IMG/VR virus record: IMGVR_UViG_3300022407_003597
Span: 1 to 57,731 of that record
From: a virus
Taxonomy: Duplodnaviria > Caudoviricetes
Direction: 5' to 3' (one strand)
Length of the DNA: 57,731 nt
The notes under the pieces are model-generated. The model searched no databases. It was not told the DNA's origin and saw only the letters and a program-made list of their open reading frames with translations. Positions 46,673 through 55,114 of this stretch are shown here, piece by piece; position 1 is the stretch's first letter, and every line of letters starts with the position of its first letter. The position numbers were made by a program, and so were the translations under genes.

Positions 46673-47625
46673 GATGCATTGCCCTTTCCTGTGACTTTGG
46701 CGATGGCGGTTCGAAACCCGGAAATCAGAGCTTCCGCCTCGTCGGCATCCAACACATCGTCGCGCAGTTTGTCCGTCAGCGGCTGCGCTTCTGCTGCTTG
46801 GTGGTGGGTGTAGAGGGGAGAATCACCCTCTATGGTGTACCGACACACAATGCGGCGGGCCAAGCGCAGGGCATCAAGTGCGGGCGACTTTGACGCAAGA
46901 AGCTGCCGGATTGCTGCGTCCAACAAGATAGCAACCTTTTCGGCGTCCGGGCCAGGCACATCTTCTGGCGGCGTTTCATCCCGGTGGTTCGCCCGCTCCG
47001 TCTCAGGCTTCGCCGGCACCTCGCGCTGCATTTCCACCGCCGCGTCCACCACTCGTGCGACGATTGCATCCCTGGTGCTGTCGTCGGAGCGGATAAATTC
47101 GCTCAGGGTTGCGGGCTTCGCGGCATGCATGCATGATCCAGCCACGCAATCTTGTCGCCCACAGAACGGGCATCCGCCAAAGGTGACGGGTCGCGTCTGA
47201 TTGAGCGCATTGACAGGCTTCGCGGCCTCGGCTTGCTCTACCTGCGGGGGTGTGGGGGATTCCAGCAACGCCACATCACCCTTGTGCTTCGCGTATTCCA
47301 GCGACATGGCTTTCAGTGCATTGCTTGCCACTGCTCCGTTGTCCAGAATGCGGGCGCGGCCGCCCACAGTGTCGTAATGCTTGCCTGCCGCATACCATCG
47401 CAACGCCTCTTCGGGTGTCCAGTCAGAGCGCTCCAGGTCAGCCGAAATATGTTCCGGGATCGGGTCGGCCATCTGCGGTGCTGGCTGCTCTGGTTGGGTG
47501 AGAGTCCGAACCGCGTTCACCAAAATCTGATGCGCAGGGGCACCCAATGCTTTTTGATCGATCAGTGTTTGAACAACGTCGGCAGCGTTCAGCGCCTCGC
47601 GCAGCAGTTCATTTTGTGTCGTCAT
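46669..47625 (-). CDS. Mosaic hypothetical protein
   Basis: 318 aa; modules separated by Pro/Gln/Ala linkers; CPFC...C....C. Confidence 0.7.
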   Translation of the reverse strand: MTTQNELLREALNAADVVQTLIDQKALGAPAHQILVNAVRTLTQPEQPAPQMADPIPEHISADLERSDWTPEEALRWYAAGKHYDTVGGRARILDNGAVASNALKAMSLEYAKHKGDVALLESPTPPQVEQAEAAKPVNALNQTRPVTFGGCPFCGRQDCVAGSCMHAAKPATLSEFIRSDDSTRDAIVARVVDAAVEMQREVPAKPETERANHRDETPPEDVPGPDAEKVAILLDAAIRQLLASKSPALDALRLARRIVCRYTIEGDSPLYTHHQAAEAQPLTDKLRDDVLDADEAEALISGFRTAIAKVTGKGNAS

Positions 47626-47635
47626 GATCTACACC

Positions 47636-48160
47636 TTATATAAGAGATTTAACTAGCAGTGCTTCGTCAAACGTCAATTGATCACAAAGTGACGGTTCGC
47701 CACACATAAATTTACGCCCCTCTCGAATGAGAAGTTCGGGTGTACGAAGTGCCTTGCCGGGCTTCTTATTCAGAGTGTCTATCCCCAATTTGATTTGCTT
47801 GCGCAGCTCATCGATGGAGTCTTGCAGCCCAGGTGAAGGCGATTCCTGTTCCACTTGCATTGAAGGCACCGTATCCGCATCCTTGCCCGATGCGGTGCGC
47901 AACACGCCGTTCGTCGCCGTGTCGCTCGGACGCCAGATATGCCCACAGCCGGCGCACAGATGCGAGCGATGAGGTGGGTTGGTCCACTCGCTGTAAGGCT
48001 CGTCGATGTGCTGCATGCCGCACTTCGGGCAGTACAGAACCATGTCGATGACTATCTCGGCAACGGCTTGACGGGCGTAGCGCTTCATCGCAAAGCCGGA
48101 GAACGCCAGACCCCCCTTGCGAGTGCGTTCGTCGGGTGCAGGAAGAGGGGGTAAGTTCAC
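47636..48160 (-). CDS. Zn-ribbon hypothetical protein
   Basis: AGGAGA RBS; LYCPKCG.QHID..W.NPPHRSHLC..CG.IW. Confidence 0.7.
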   Translation of the reverse strand: MNLPPLPAPDERTRKGGLAFSGFAMKRYARQAVAEIVIDMVLYCPKCGMQHIDEPYSEWTNPPHRSHLCAGCGHIWRPSDTATNGVLRTASGKDADTVPSMQVEQESPSPGLQDSIDELRKQIKLGIDTLNKKPGKALRTPELLIREGRKFMCGEPSLCDQLTFDEALLVKSLI

Positions 48161-48429
48161 GTTGTCTCCTTGCTGCGCACGATGGCGCTGTCCGGTTGCT
48201 TGGGAGGCTCGATCTTGCGCAGCCACACGGCCGCACAGTCAACCTCATTGCCAACGGCACCGTACTCGGTGATCAAGCCCTCACCGTGAACGCGCCAGAT
48301 GCGACCGAACTTGGAATGCTCACCGCGCAGCAGGCCAACTCGAACCTTCTTGCCGACGTTCGGGCCTTTGTCACCGAGTGCGCCCGCGATGATCTCGGCC
48401 TGATCACCTGATTGGATGGGTGTGCTCAT
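48157..48429 (-). CDS. Hypothetical protein (SH3-like)
   Basis: GD.A.II.G....N.GK.V.V, L.KI.PP pattern. Confidence 0.65.
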   Translation of the reverse strand: MSTPIQSGDQAEIIAGALGDKGPNVGKKVRVGLLRGEHSKFGRIWRVHGEGLITEYGAVGNEVDCAAVWLRKIEPPKQPDSAIVRSKETT

Positions 48430-48707
48430 GCCCGCTCCCTTGGATGCAGCACGCGCAGACAGCACACCCTGCATTTCTTGTTGCGCTCAGGGCCATACCA
48501 GCAAAGGAACTTGCGTCCTTGCCGCCACACCTTACCGGGGTAGACGCCACTCGGGATACTGCTGGCGTAGTTGGGCAATGAGAAGAAGTCAACCTCGTCG
48601 ACCACGGCATGCGTTTCGTAAAGCCGAACGCGGAGATGCATGTTCTTTGGTTGACCCCAATGCTTGCCCATCGGGTCAGTCATCGCAGGGAGTCTCCAGA
48701 CGCTCAT
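48426..48707 (-). CDS. Hypothetical protein
   Basis: P.MTDP.G.HW.QP, L..Y..S.PSGVY.GK.W. Confidence 0.7.
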   Translation of the reverse strand: MSVWRLPAMTDPMGKHWGQPKNMHLRVRLYETHAVVDEVDFFSLPNYASSIPSGVYPGKVWRQGRKFLCWYGPERNKKCRVCCLRVLHPRERA

Positions 48708-49213
48708 GCCAGCTCCCCCTTGCGCATCAGTTCAACGGCCTTGTTGAAGCCGAACCACATGGCGCTCAAGTGTTCGTCCTTGTAGTCATCCTTCTCATCA
48801 CGCGCCGTGAACTCTTCCTCGGTTGGGCAGTCAACCGGCATAAGTTCACAGGGTCCACCCAGGCCGGTGTGCCGGATGGAGTGAATGAAACGCTCAGAGA
48901 ACATCGCGTCTTCGAACTTGCGGCGCATCGTGTCAGCGCGTGTTTGTGCAAGTTCGGTGAACTCGATGGCAAACGGACCGCCCCGTGCCGGACATTGCAA
49001 CTCAGGGGCCTTGTCGATGGCGCGCAAGATCGGGCTGTTGAACCGCCAGACGCGCGCCAGCAGTTGAATCATCGGTGCCCGGTTGTCAGGTGCACTCTCG
49101 TCCGTCAGCATCTCCATCAATTGGAACAACACTGCGAACGCCTCGTCGGCGGTCTGGGCGGTCCAGCCGGTAACTGGCACGCGCGGGTAGGTGCGTTGAA
49201 CAGGATCGCTCAT
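48704..49213 (-). CDS. Hypothetical protein
   Basis: ATGA overlaps at both ends. Confidence 0.65.
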   Translation of the reverse strand: MSDPVQRTYPRVPVTGWTAQTADEAFAVLFQLMEMLTDESAPDNRAPMIQLLARVWRFNSPILRAIDKAPELQCPARGGPFAIEFTELAQTRADTMRRKFEDAMFSERFIHSIRHTGLGGPCELMPVDCPTEEEFTARDEKDDYKDEHLSAMWFGFNKAVELMRKGELA

Positions 49214-49686
49214 TTCATCATCTCCAGCGCCTTGTCGATTGCCCCGGTGAAGGACGAGTCGAATGCCGTTCGCTTGAACGTGGCACCGAACGTCACGCAC
49301 CAGTCCTTCGTTGCGTCGTCCTGGCTGATGGTGATGGGTTGTGACGAGCCGTCCTCGACGTGCCCACACAGTTCGCGCAGCCCGTTGAAACGGCGTTCGA
49401 TGGCGCGCAGGGACTCCAGCTCATCGGATGCGGGGGCTGGAGTGGTCAGACTCCGCTCGCGCACCGTATGCAGGGCACGGTTGTAATCAGCCCACGTCAT
49501 CCAAAGGATCATGCCGACCTTGCCGGCCTCGTCGCGGCAAAGAATGTCCGCAGGCGACAACTCGTTCGTCGTGAAGGTCACATTCGTGATCTTGGCACGG
49601 ATCGCCGCGCGGGTGATCGAGAAGTTCAGCAGTTGCAGCTTGATGTTGGTGTGCCCAACCTCGTCCAATAATTCGATGATGTTCAC
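49210..49686 (-). CDS. Hypothetical protein
   Basis: AAGGAA RBS; LRELCG.VE.GS...ITI.QDDATK.W pattern. Confidence 0.7.
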   Translation of the reverse strand: MNIIELLDEVGHTNIKLQLLNFSITRAAIRAKITNVTFTTNELSPADILCRDEAGKVGMILWMTWADYNRALHTVRERSLTTPAPASDELESLRAIERRFNGLRELCGHVEDGSSQPITISQDDATKDWCVTFGATFKRTAFDSSFTGAIDKALEMMK

Positions 49687-49696
49687 GGAGTTCCTT

Positions 49697-50209
49697 TCAG
49701 TAGAAGAAAATCTTGATGACCTTGCCGCGCTCCATCACGCAGACCCATTCACCATCCTCGGTGCGCTTCACCTCGGTGCGCCAGCCAGGGTAGTTGCACG
49801 TTTCAGGCTTGGGCTCGGGGCCAGGGTCACGAGCTGGCGGCGGACCAGGTTTGAACAGCGATGCGACCAACAGGCACAGAACGACGATGCCCAATAAGCC
49901 GACGAGTCCCTTGAGCACGTAGTTCGCGGTGCGAGTGACAGGGCCGGTCTTGAGTTGGATGGGTTTGTTGACTCGGATCATCAGACCAGTCCTTCCTTCT
50001 TGATGTGCCATACGGATGACAGTTCCTGTGATTCTTCGGCCAGTGCGCCGTTCGATTGACGGATTGACCTCGTAGAAGGTGACTGTGTCGCCTTGGTAAA
50101 AGGCCGCGTCAGAGCTGGTCCAGTAAAGAATATCCTGGCTATGCTCAACGCGCCTTGCGTAAACACAGAAGATGCTGGTGTTGCTGGGAATTTCGTGATG
50201 CCAGGTCAT
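49697..50209 (-). CDS. Hypothetical membrane-anchored protein
   Basis: Single TM (GLVGLLGIVVLCLLVASLF) followed by a Pro-rich segment. Confidence 0.65.
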   Translation of the reverse strand: MTWHHEIPSNTSIFCVYARRVEHSQDILYWTSSDAAFYQGDTVTFYEVNPSIERRTGRRITGTVIRMAHQEGRTGLMIRVNKPIQLKTGPVTRTANYVLKGLVGLLGIVVLCLLVASLFKPGPPPARDPGPEPKPETCNYPGWRTEVKRTEDGEWVCVMERGKVIKIFFY

Positions 50210-50436
50210 TGCGTAATCCTCTTCTGACCGAACGCCACGCCTTCGGTGGCATTGTTGAGTTGGCGTGCCAAGGATGGGTTGTTGACCAGATCGGCGGCTC
50301 TCACTGTCATCTGATCAACGGCACCGTGGCAATGAGCACGCAACTGCCACGTCTCTCCGAAGTCTTCGCTGTAGTGCTCAATGCGGTCAACTTGCTTGCC
50401 GCAGACCATGCAGAGGATGAACGGGGCGTGTTTCAT
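50206..50436 (-). CDS. Small Zn-binding-like protein
   Basis: C..C.K.VD, CHG. Confidence 0.65.
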   Translation of the reverse strand: MKHAPFILCMVCGKQVDRIEHYSEDFGETWQLRAHCHGAVDQMTVRAADLVNNPSLARQLNNATEGVAFGQKRITQ

Positions 50437-50708
50437 ACTGGCGCACCTTTGATTGAAGTGGACAGCACACGAATGTGGAGCATCACATTTGGCACACGCG
50501 TGTTTTTGATCATGTCAACGTCGTGGACCTTGCGAATCAGAGCTATGGCCGTGTTGCCTGTGAACTCTTGAGTACCGGGATTAAATTCACGGTAAATGAT
50601 TTCATCGCCCTCTTGGAATGAATGGCGTTTCTCCCGAATATCGCCAGTCTTACGGCCGCTTGCGATCCGGTTGAAAACTTCCGGCCAGCATGTCAGTTCA
50701 GTCCGCAT
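50433..50708 (-). CDS. ASCH/PUA-like (DUF3850) protein, copy B
   Basis: L..WPE.F..I.SG.KT.DIR.....FQ.GD....RE. Confidence 0.75.
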   Translation of the reverse strand: MRTELTCWPEVFNRIASGRKTGDIREKRHSFQEGDEIIYREFNPGTQEFTGNTAIALIRKVHDVDMIKNTRVPNVMLHIRVLSTSIKGAPV

Positions 50709-51171
50709 GACCACCCTCGCTGCAGTCGGGCTTCTTGAACTCGTAGTTGAGCGGTTTCGTGTTGGCCCACACCCCAGCTCGTTCCGGTGCCTGCTGTGCG
50801 ATCGGACCGTAGTTGCGGTTTTCGAACTTCTTCAGAATCTGCCGAAGCTCGTGCCGCCCACTCTCAATGACGCTCGCCATGATTCCTTCGGAGAACTGAA
50901 TGGGAGGCTTGAGGTTTGACCCACTGACAGCCAACCTTCGCACAGACAGCACCACGTAACCGTCAGGGATGCCGAAGCCGGTTTGGATGTGGCTGATAAC
51001 GACGGTCAAGATACGGCCGGTGTAACCGCTGTCGATCTGCCATTCGCGCAGGAAGAGCAGATCACCGACCTGAAAGTCCCGGTCATTCTTGCGAAACTCG
51101 GCAACCTTGACACCATCGATCAAGTCGTTGAACGGCTCGGGCGCGCACTTCAAGCTGTGGGTTTGCTTCAT
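50698..51171 (-). CDS. ASCH/PUA-like (DUF3850) protein, copy A
   Basis: H.LK..PE.F....G.K..EFRKNDRDFQVGD.L.LREW...YTGR, GYVVLS. Confidence 0.85.
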   Translation of the reverse strand: MKQTHSLKCAPEPFNDLIDGVKVAEFRKNDRDFQVGDLLFLREWQIDSGYTGRILTVVISHIQTGFGIPDGYVVLSVRRLAVSGSNLKPPIQFSEGIMASVIESGRHELRQILKKFENRNYGPIAQQAPERAGVWANTKPLNYEFKKPDCSEGGHAD

Positions 51172-51245
51172 AGTTTCTCCAAATAGGGTGGTAGCGGTAT
51201 TCAGGCAGTGCCCGGTCATTCCTGAATCACTGCAACATTTGGTGC

Positions 51246-51289
51246 ATTATGACAGTGTAATACAGCTTGTCAACAGGGTCTGTATTACA
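51246..51289 (-). promoter_or_regulatory. Sigma70-type leftward promoter with flanking inverted repeat
   Basis: TTGACA-16nt-CATAAT with TG extension; TGTAATACAG / CTGTATTACA flank the -35. Confidence 0.75.
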
Positions 51290-51317
51290 GGTGTGAACGA
51301 GGGTGGCGGCAGGAGTT

Positions 51318-51635
51318 CTAGAGGCGGGTCACGATGGCGACGACGTAGAGAATCCCGCTGTGAGTGATTAGCTCGCCCACCTCGGTCGAGAACTTCTTGC
51401 CGTCGCGTGCGGCCACCGCAGTGGCGGATGCGTTGCAATTGCCGCGCAAACGTTCCTTGGCGGCACGTAGACCTTCGTAAGCCGCTTCGTCGCTGTAGAG
51501 ATCGGCCCAGCGAACGGCGCGGCTGGCGCTCTCACCGACTCCCAAGTCGGCCAGCACGGCCATGAAGGACGATTGGCGACGAGGTGCGCCGCCCTTGAGC
51601 AAGGCGGCAGTCTTGGGGGCTGGTTTCTTCGGCAT
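51318..51635 (-). CDS. Hypothetical protein (possible DNA-binding)
   Basis: AGGAGA RBS; own promoter upstream. Confidence 0.75.
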   Translation of the reverse strand: MPKKPAPKTAALLKGGAPRRQSSFMAVLADLGVGESASRAVRWADLYSDEAAYEGLRAAKERLRGNCNASATAVAARDGKKFSTEVGELITHSGILYVVAIVTRL

Positions 51636-51652
51636 TGCGATTCTCCTGTGGT

Positions 51653-51697
51653 TGTGCAATGCACAGAACTATATCACATTGGAAATTGTTATGTAAA
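51653..51697 (-). promoter_or_regulatory. Leftward promoter with TGTGCATTGCACA palindrome near +1
   Basis: TTTACA...TGA-TATAGT followed by the palindrome at 51653-51665. Confidence 0.65.
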
Positions 51698-51833
51698 TTG
51701 GTTGGATAGGTGGGCTGTTGAATCAACTCGGCGTCGGGTGTAGATTGGAGATTGAGGTCATTACGGGGTTTGGTTGGGGGCTGGAGAGTTAAGAGCTAAC
51801 CGCCATCCGGATGCGCTAGATAACGGCGGACGG

Positions 51834-51977
51834 AATCTCAAAAATTTGGAACGGGCCAAGGTCGCAAAGCGAAAGAAAGTTTCTTGTTTAACGAGTTCAG
51901 TCAGGTTTTGTCGATTCACCATTCGCACGATTTCAAATCTCAAATTTTTAGGACGGGCCAAGGTGGCAAAGCGAAAG
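51834..51977 (+). repeat. About 42-nt imperfect direct repeat in the divergent intergenic region
   Basis: AATCTCAAA....ACGGGCCAAGGT(C/G)GCAAAGCGAAAG at 51834-51875 and 51936-51977. Confidence 0.85.
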
Positions 51978-52175
51978 TGGGGTGTTGTTTTCCGTTAGGA
52001 AAAGGCCGCATCGATCGATAGCCTGACGCGCTGCAGAGGAACAGTTTTCCCTCTGATTTAGCGATTGCTATGGGCATCCGAAATCAGCACTTCAGAATCA
52101 ATTTGTATAACGTAAAAATGGATAGAATAGATGGCACGGGCTAGGCGGTCTGGCCTGTTTAGAAAGAGGTTTGAA

Positions 52176-52307
52176 ATGTCGAAGCGCAAGAACAAGCCGG
52201 CCAGTTACTGGTTTGCGTGGTCCGTAGTGATCACGGTCCCGGCTCTGATCATCGCGGCCGTTGTCATGATGGCTATCACTGATCTGCAGCGGGCGGGGGT
52301 GCTGTAA
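52176..52307 (+). CDS. Small single-TM protein (43 aa)
   Basis: GAGGT RBS; MSKRKNKPASYWFAWSVVITVPALIIAAVVMMAITDLQRAGVL. Confidence 0.65.
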   Translation: MSKRKNKPASYWFAWSVVITVPALIIAAVVMMAITDLQRAGVL

Positions 52308-52510
52308 TGTCGACTATCAATGTGCGCGCTATGACGGCGCAAGAAATCAAAGACCTGGGGTTGTCCATGTACACCCTTGCGAAGTGGTCAGATGTGATCG
52401 GTCTTGTTTACCCGTGGGCTATCGCTGATCTGTGGGCACGCGGGTATTACCGGCAGTGGCAGGGCGTTCTTACCATGGACGCGCTGGGTAACTTCGTTTC
52501 GTTCGAATGA
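52307..52510 (+). CDS. Hypothetical protein
   Basis: TAATG overlap. Confidence 0.65.
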   Translation: MSTINVRAMTAQEIKDLGLSMYTLAKWSDVIGLVYPWAIADLWARGYYRQWQGVLTMDALGNFVSFE

Positions 52511-52534
52511 CACGAAACCACACTGGATAGCATC

Positions 52535-52756
52535 ATGAACACACGGTACACGCTAGGCCATAAGCTGCTGGTTGAAAACGCGCTCTTGCCAGTTGCGCAG
52601 CAGCGCTGGCGCTGTGAATGCGGAAATTGGGAAGGGGTCGCACCTGATCGTGGCCCCTTCAATTCCACCAGCACGCGGGCGCGCCTCGGAGTTGTCATAA
52701 CTGCGCACGGACGGCATTTGAAAGCGGCCAAAATCAAGGCTTCAAAAGCATCCTGA
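52535..52756 (+). CDS. Small Zn-finger-like protein
   Basis: GH.L, CECG.W, H..H. Confidence 0.65.
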   Translation: MNTRYTLGHKLLVENALLPVAQQRWRCECGNWEGVAPDRGPFNSTSTRARLGVVITAHGRHLKAAKIKASKAS

Positions 52757-52828
52757 CCATCCCAGCCGCCAGCCCTGTGACAGAGGGCATGCGCCACCAA
52801 CCTGAACCGAAACCACACTGGAGAGCAT

Positions 52829-53026
52829 ATGCGAACAGTTCATCAATCAGTGTTTGATAGTAAAGACGCAAAGCGCGTTGTGCGTCAAGGCCACCGCGCG
52901 GCTTGCGAAGAACTTTCGCGCAAGCCGCGCAGCATGCTGGCGGAAGGAAACCCAAATCACCCAAGTTATGACGCAAAACTTTTTGGGTACGACGAACGGG
53001 AATTTATGGCAAAACAATATCGTTGA
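52829..53026 (+). CDS. Hypothetical protein
   Basis: GGAGA RBS; LFGYD..EF.AKQY ending. Confidence 0.65.
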   Translation: MRTVHQSVFDSKDAKRVVRQGHRAACEELSRKPRSMLAEGNPNHPSYDAKLFGYDEREFMAKQYR

Positions 53027-53093
53027 CAGCACCAGCAGCTTGCCTCGTGACAGGGGGCATGCGCGGGGATTGTCCCGAACCTGGAGCATCACA

Positions 53094-53291
53094 ATGCAAA
53101 TCGAGTCCTACCCCATCAAGCATGGCACCGGCATTGCCCGGCGCGCCGATGTGCGCCGCGATCAAATCGCGCATGTTGCCATCCGCACGGGTGTTTCCCA
53201 CATGAGCGCACGCATCGCCCTGGAGGCCGAAAACTGGGACCTTGCCGACGCCATCCGGTCCATCCGCAATGAACGTAAGGAGGCGCACTGA
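53094..53291 (+). CDS. Small protein with UBA-like (EF-Ts N-terminal/NAC-like) three-helix pattern
   Basis: I..V..RTGVS...AR.ALEA.NWDL..AI..IR. Confidence 0.6.
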   Translation: MQIESYPIKHGTGIARRADVRRDQIAHVAIRTGVSHMSARIALEAENWDLADAIRSIRNERKEAH

Positions 53292-53293
53292 TC

Positions 53294-53593
53294 ATGAAAA
53301 AAATAATCAAATGGACCGCGTCGACGAAGGACCGAAAACTAATCGCGCGAATCGTGCAGCGTTCGGTAAACCTGGGCATCACGCCTGCAAATTGGGGTGT
53401 TGTGTCATTGTCGATGGACATTACGGCATGCCATCTCAACGGATGCCCGCTCAAACTGGCCGAACTGCTGGCGGCCGACAATTTCAACTTCACCCAAGAC
53501 ATAGTTGGAATTCAGCGTCATATCGACCGAGACGACAGCAGCCCCACATGCGGACAGCTGCTCGATTGTTTCCGGCCGCGCTTTGCGGCATAA
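53294..53593 (+). CDS. Phage protein (DUF6874-like)
   Basis: MDI.A.H.NGCPL.L..LL.AD.FNF..D..GI.RH.DR..G.L..CF.PRF. Confidence 0.7.
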   Translation: MKKIIKWTASTKDRKLIARIVQRSVNLGITPANWGVVSLSMDITACHLNGCPLKLAELLAADNFNFTQDIVGIQRHIDRDDSSPTCGQLLDCFRPRFAA

Positions 53594-53610
53594 CTCAACT
53601 GGAGTACATC

Positions 53611-54126
53611 ATGATTGAAATCACCGGGGCCGATGGCCCGAAGTCTGGCCCAGCATTTGCTGAAGCCCACGCTCAAGTCGGCTATGGCGGGCGCGTTTAT
53701 GAATTCATCGGCACTGCCGATCAGGCCGCGCGAAAGTGGCACGAGGTGAATGCTGTGGACTGCCGCAAGGGTGGCGCTGCAGACAAGCGCGGCAATACCT
53801 ACCGCTGGTTTCTGGCCCTGCGTCAAGGCGCGGTGCGGAAATACCGCGCCGAGCTGGAAAGAAAACGCGCTGCAGCGGGGGCCGAATTGCTGGCCGTGAT
53901 CTATCCAACGAAGCCACCGAAACCCGACAGCCGCATGGACCGCACCCCGCACGATCTGCCGTCCCTCGCGGCCTGGGCGGACGCTGGCTATCCCCAGCCT
54001 GTCATTGGCCGCGCGCTGGAAATGAAGCGTGCAATGGGCGTGAGCTGGCGCGTTCTTCAGCGTGCGCTTGAACTCAGATCGGCCAATCCTGCAGACGATC
54101 AACTGATGCGCGAGTTGGCATCATGA
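53611..54126 (+). CDS. Hypothetical protein
   Basis: GGAG RBS, 171 aa. Confidence 0.7.
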   Translation: MIEITGADGPKSGPAFAEAHAQVGYGGRVYEFIGTADQAARKWHEVNAVDCRKGGAADKRGNTYRWFLALRQGAVRKYRAELERKRAAAGAELLAVIYPTKPPKPDSRMDRTPHDLPSLAAWADAGYPQPVIGRALEMKRAMGVSWRVLQRALELRSANPADDQLMRELAS

Positions 54127-54566
54127 AAACAACTCTGCCGTATACCTGGGTTGTCCGTTACGATGTTGCCGCACTGTACGTGGCCGATGGTTTCACTTTC
54201 AGCGACCAGCGCGCGCTGGAGATGTTGTCTCGTGAAACGACGGGGTGCATGAGTACCGAAATCGCGGCGCGCGTGCTGGTCGCCCCCGACAGAGTGCGCA
54301 TTCTGAAGGAACAAGGCGCGCGGCCCGATGCAAAGGGAAGGGAAACCATCGTGGAAAAGGAACTGCGCATCGGGTCCCCTGCCGCATACAACCAAGGCAC
54401 GCTGCTGGACGCCCTGGTTTCCGCCTGGGCGCTACTGGATAGCGTGCCGTTCGTCTCCAAAGAAGGAGACACCGAAGAGGTGCGTTCGAAACTCAAGGGT
54501 GCTATCGGCATGCTCCAGGGAACAGCACCCATCTCCACCATCCACTGGGAAGAGGTGCAACCGTGA
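54123..54566 (+). CDS. Hypothetical protein
   Basis: W.V...V....VADGF pattern; ATGA overlap. Confidence 0.7.
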   Translation: MKTTLPYTWVVRYDVAALYVADGFTFSDQRALEMLSRETTGCMSTEIAARVLVAPDRVRILKEQGARPDAKGRETIVEKELRIGSPAAYNQGTLLDALVSAWALLDSVPFVSKEGDTEEVRSKLKGAIGMLQGTAPISTIHWEEVQP

Positions 54567-54633
54567 ATAACTACACTTGCCCCATGCTTTCAGGCGGTGA
54601 CTCGATGGTCTGCATCACGGGCTGGAGGTAATC

Positions 54634-54894
54634 ATGGCGTACATGCACAGATCACGCGGCCGTCTGCTGGAGATTGTCCGCGCCACCCCTGGCATGCCGT
54701 GGCAGGTATGCACCACTGTTCCCTTTGACGGCTTGTCAGTGTGGGAGTTCAAGACCCGCGAGGCATGCATAACGCTGGCCTGCTGGCTCAGAGACACGGC
54801 GCGCGGGGCTGGCGTCTCGGTCGTCATCACCATCCGCCCTGCGCGCGGCTACTTCGTCGACGAACACGGCATTACCTGGAGTACAGCAGTATGA
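54634..54894 (+). CDS. Hypothetical protein
   Basis: GGAGGT RBS. Confidence 0.6.
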   Translation: MAYMHRSRGRLLEIVRATPGMPWQVCTTVPFDGLSVWEFKTREACITLACWLRDTARGAGVSVVITIRPARGYFVDEHGITWSTAV

Positions 54895-55112
54895 GCTATG
54901 AAGTTTTCAGCCGCAAGGTTTACAAGCTGGTGCACACATCTTGGGGCGGGACGCGCTTCGCCCAGAACCCGGGCGCGCGCAAAACGCACATTGCAAACGT
55001 CGAGACGATCGAAGAAGCACGGGCGATCTGTGCCGATGGCCCGGCAAACAAGGCGCTTGCCGCTGGCCGTGAGTATCGGCATCTGTCCTTTTACGAATAC
55101 ACAAAGGTTTAA
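54891..55112 (+). CDS. Hypothetical protein
   Basis: GGAG RBS, ATGA overlap; T.EEAR.IC. Confidence 0.65.
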   Translation: MSYEVFSRKVYKLVHTSWGGTRFAQNPGARKTHIANVETIEEARAICADGPANKALAAGREYRHLSFYEYTKV

Positions 55113-55114
55113 TC

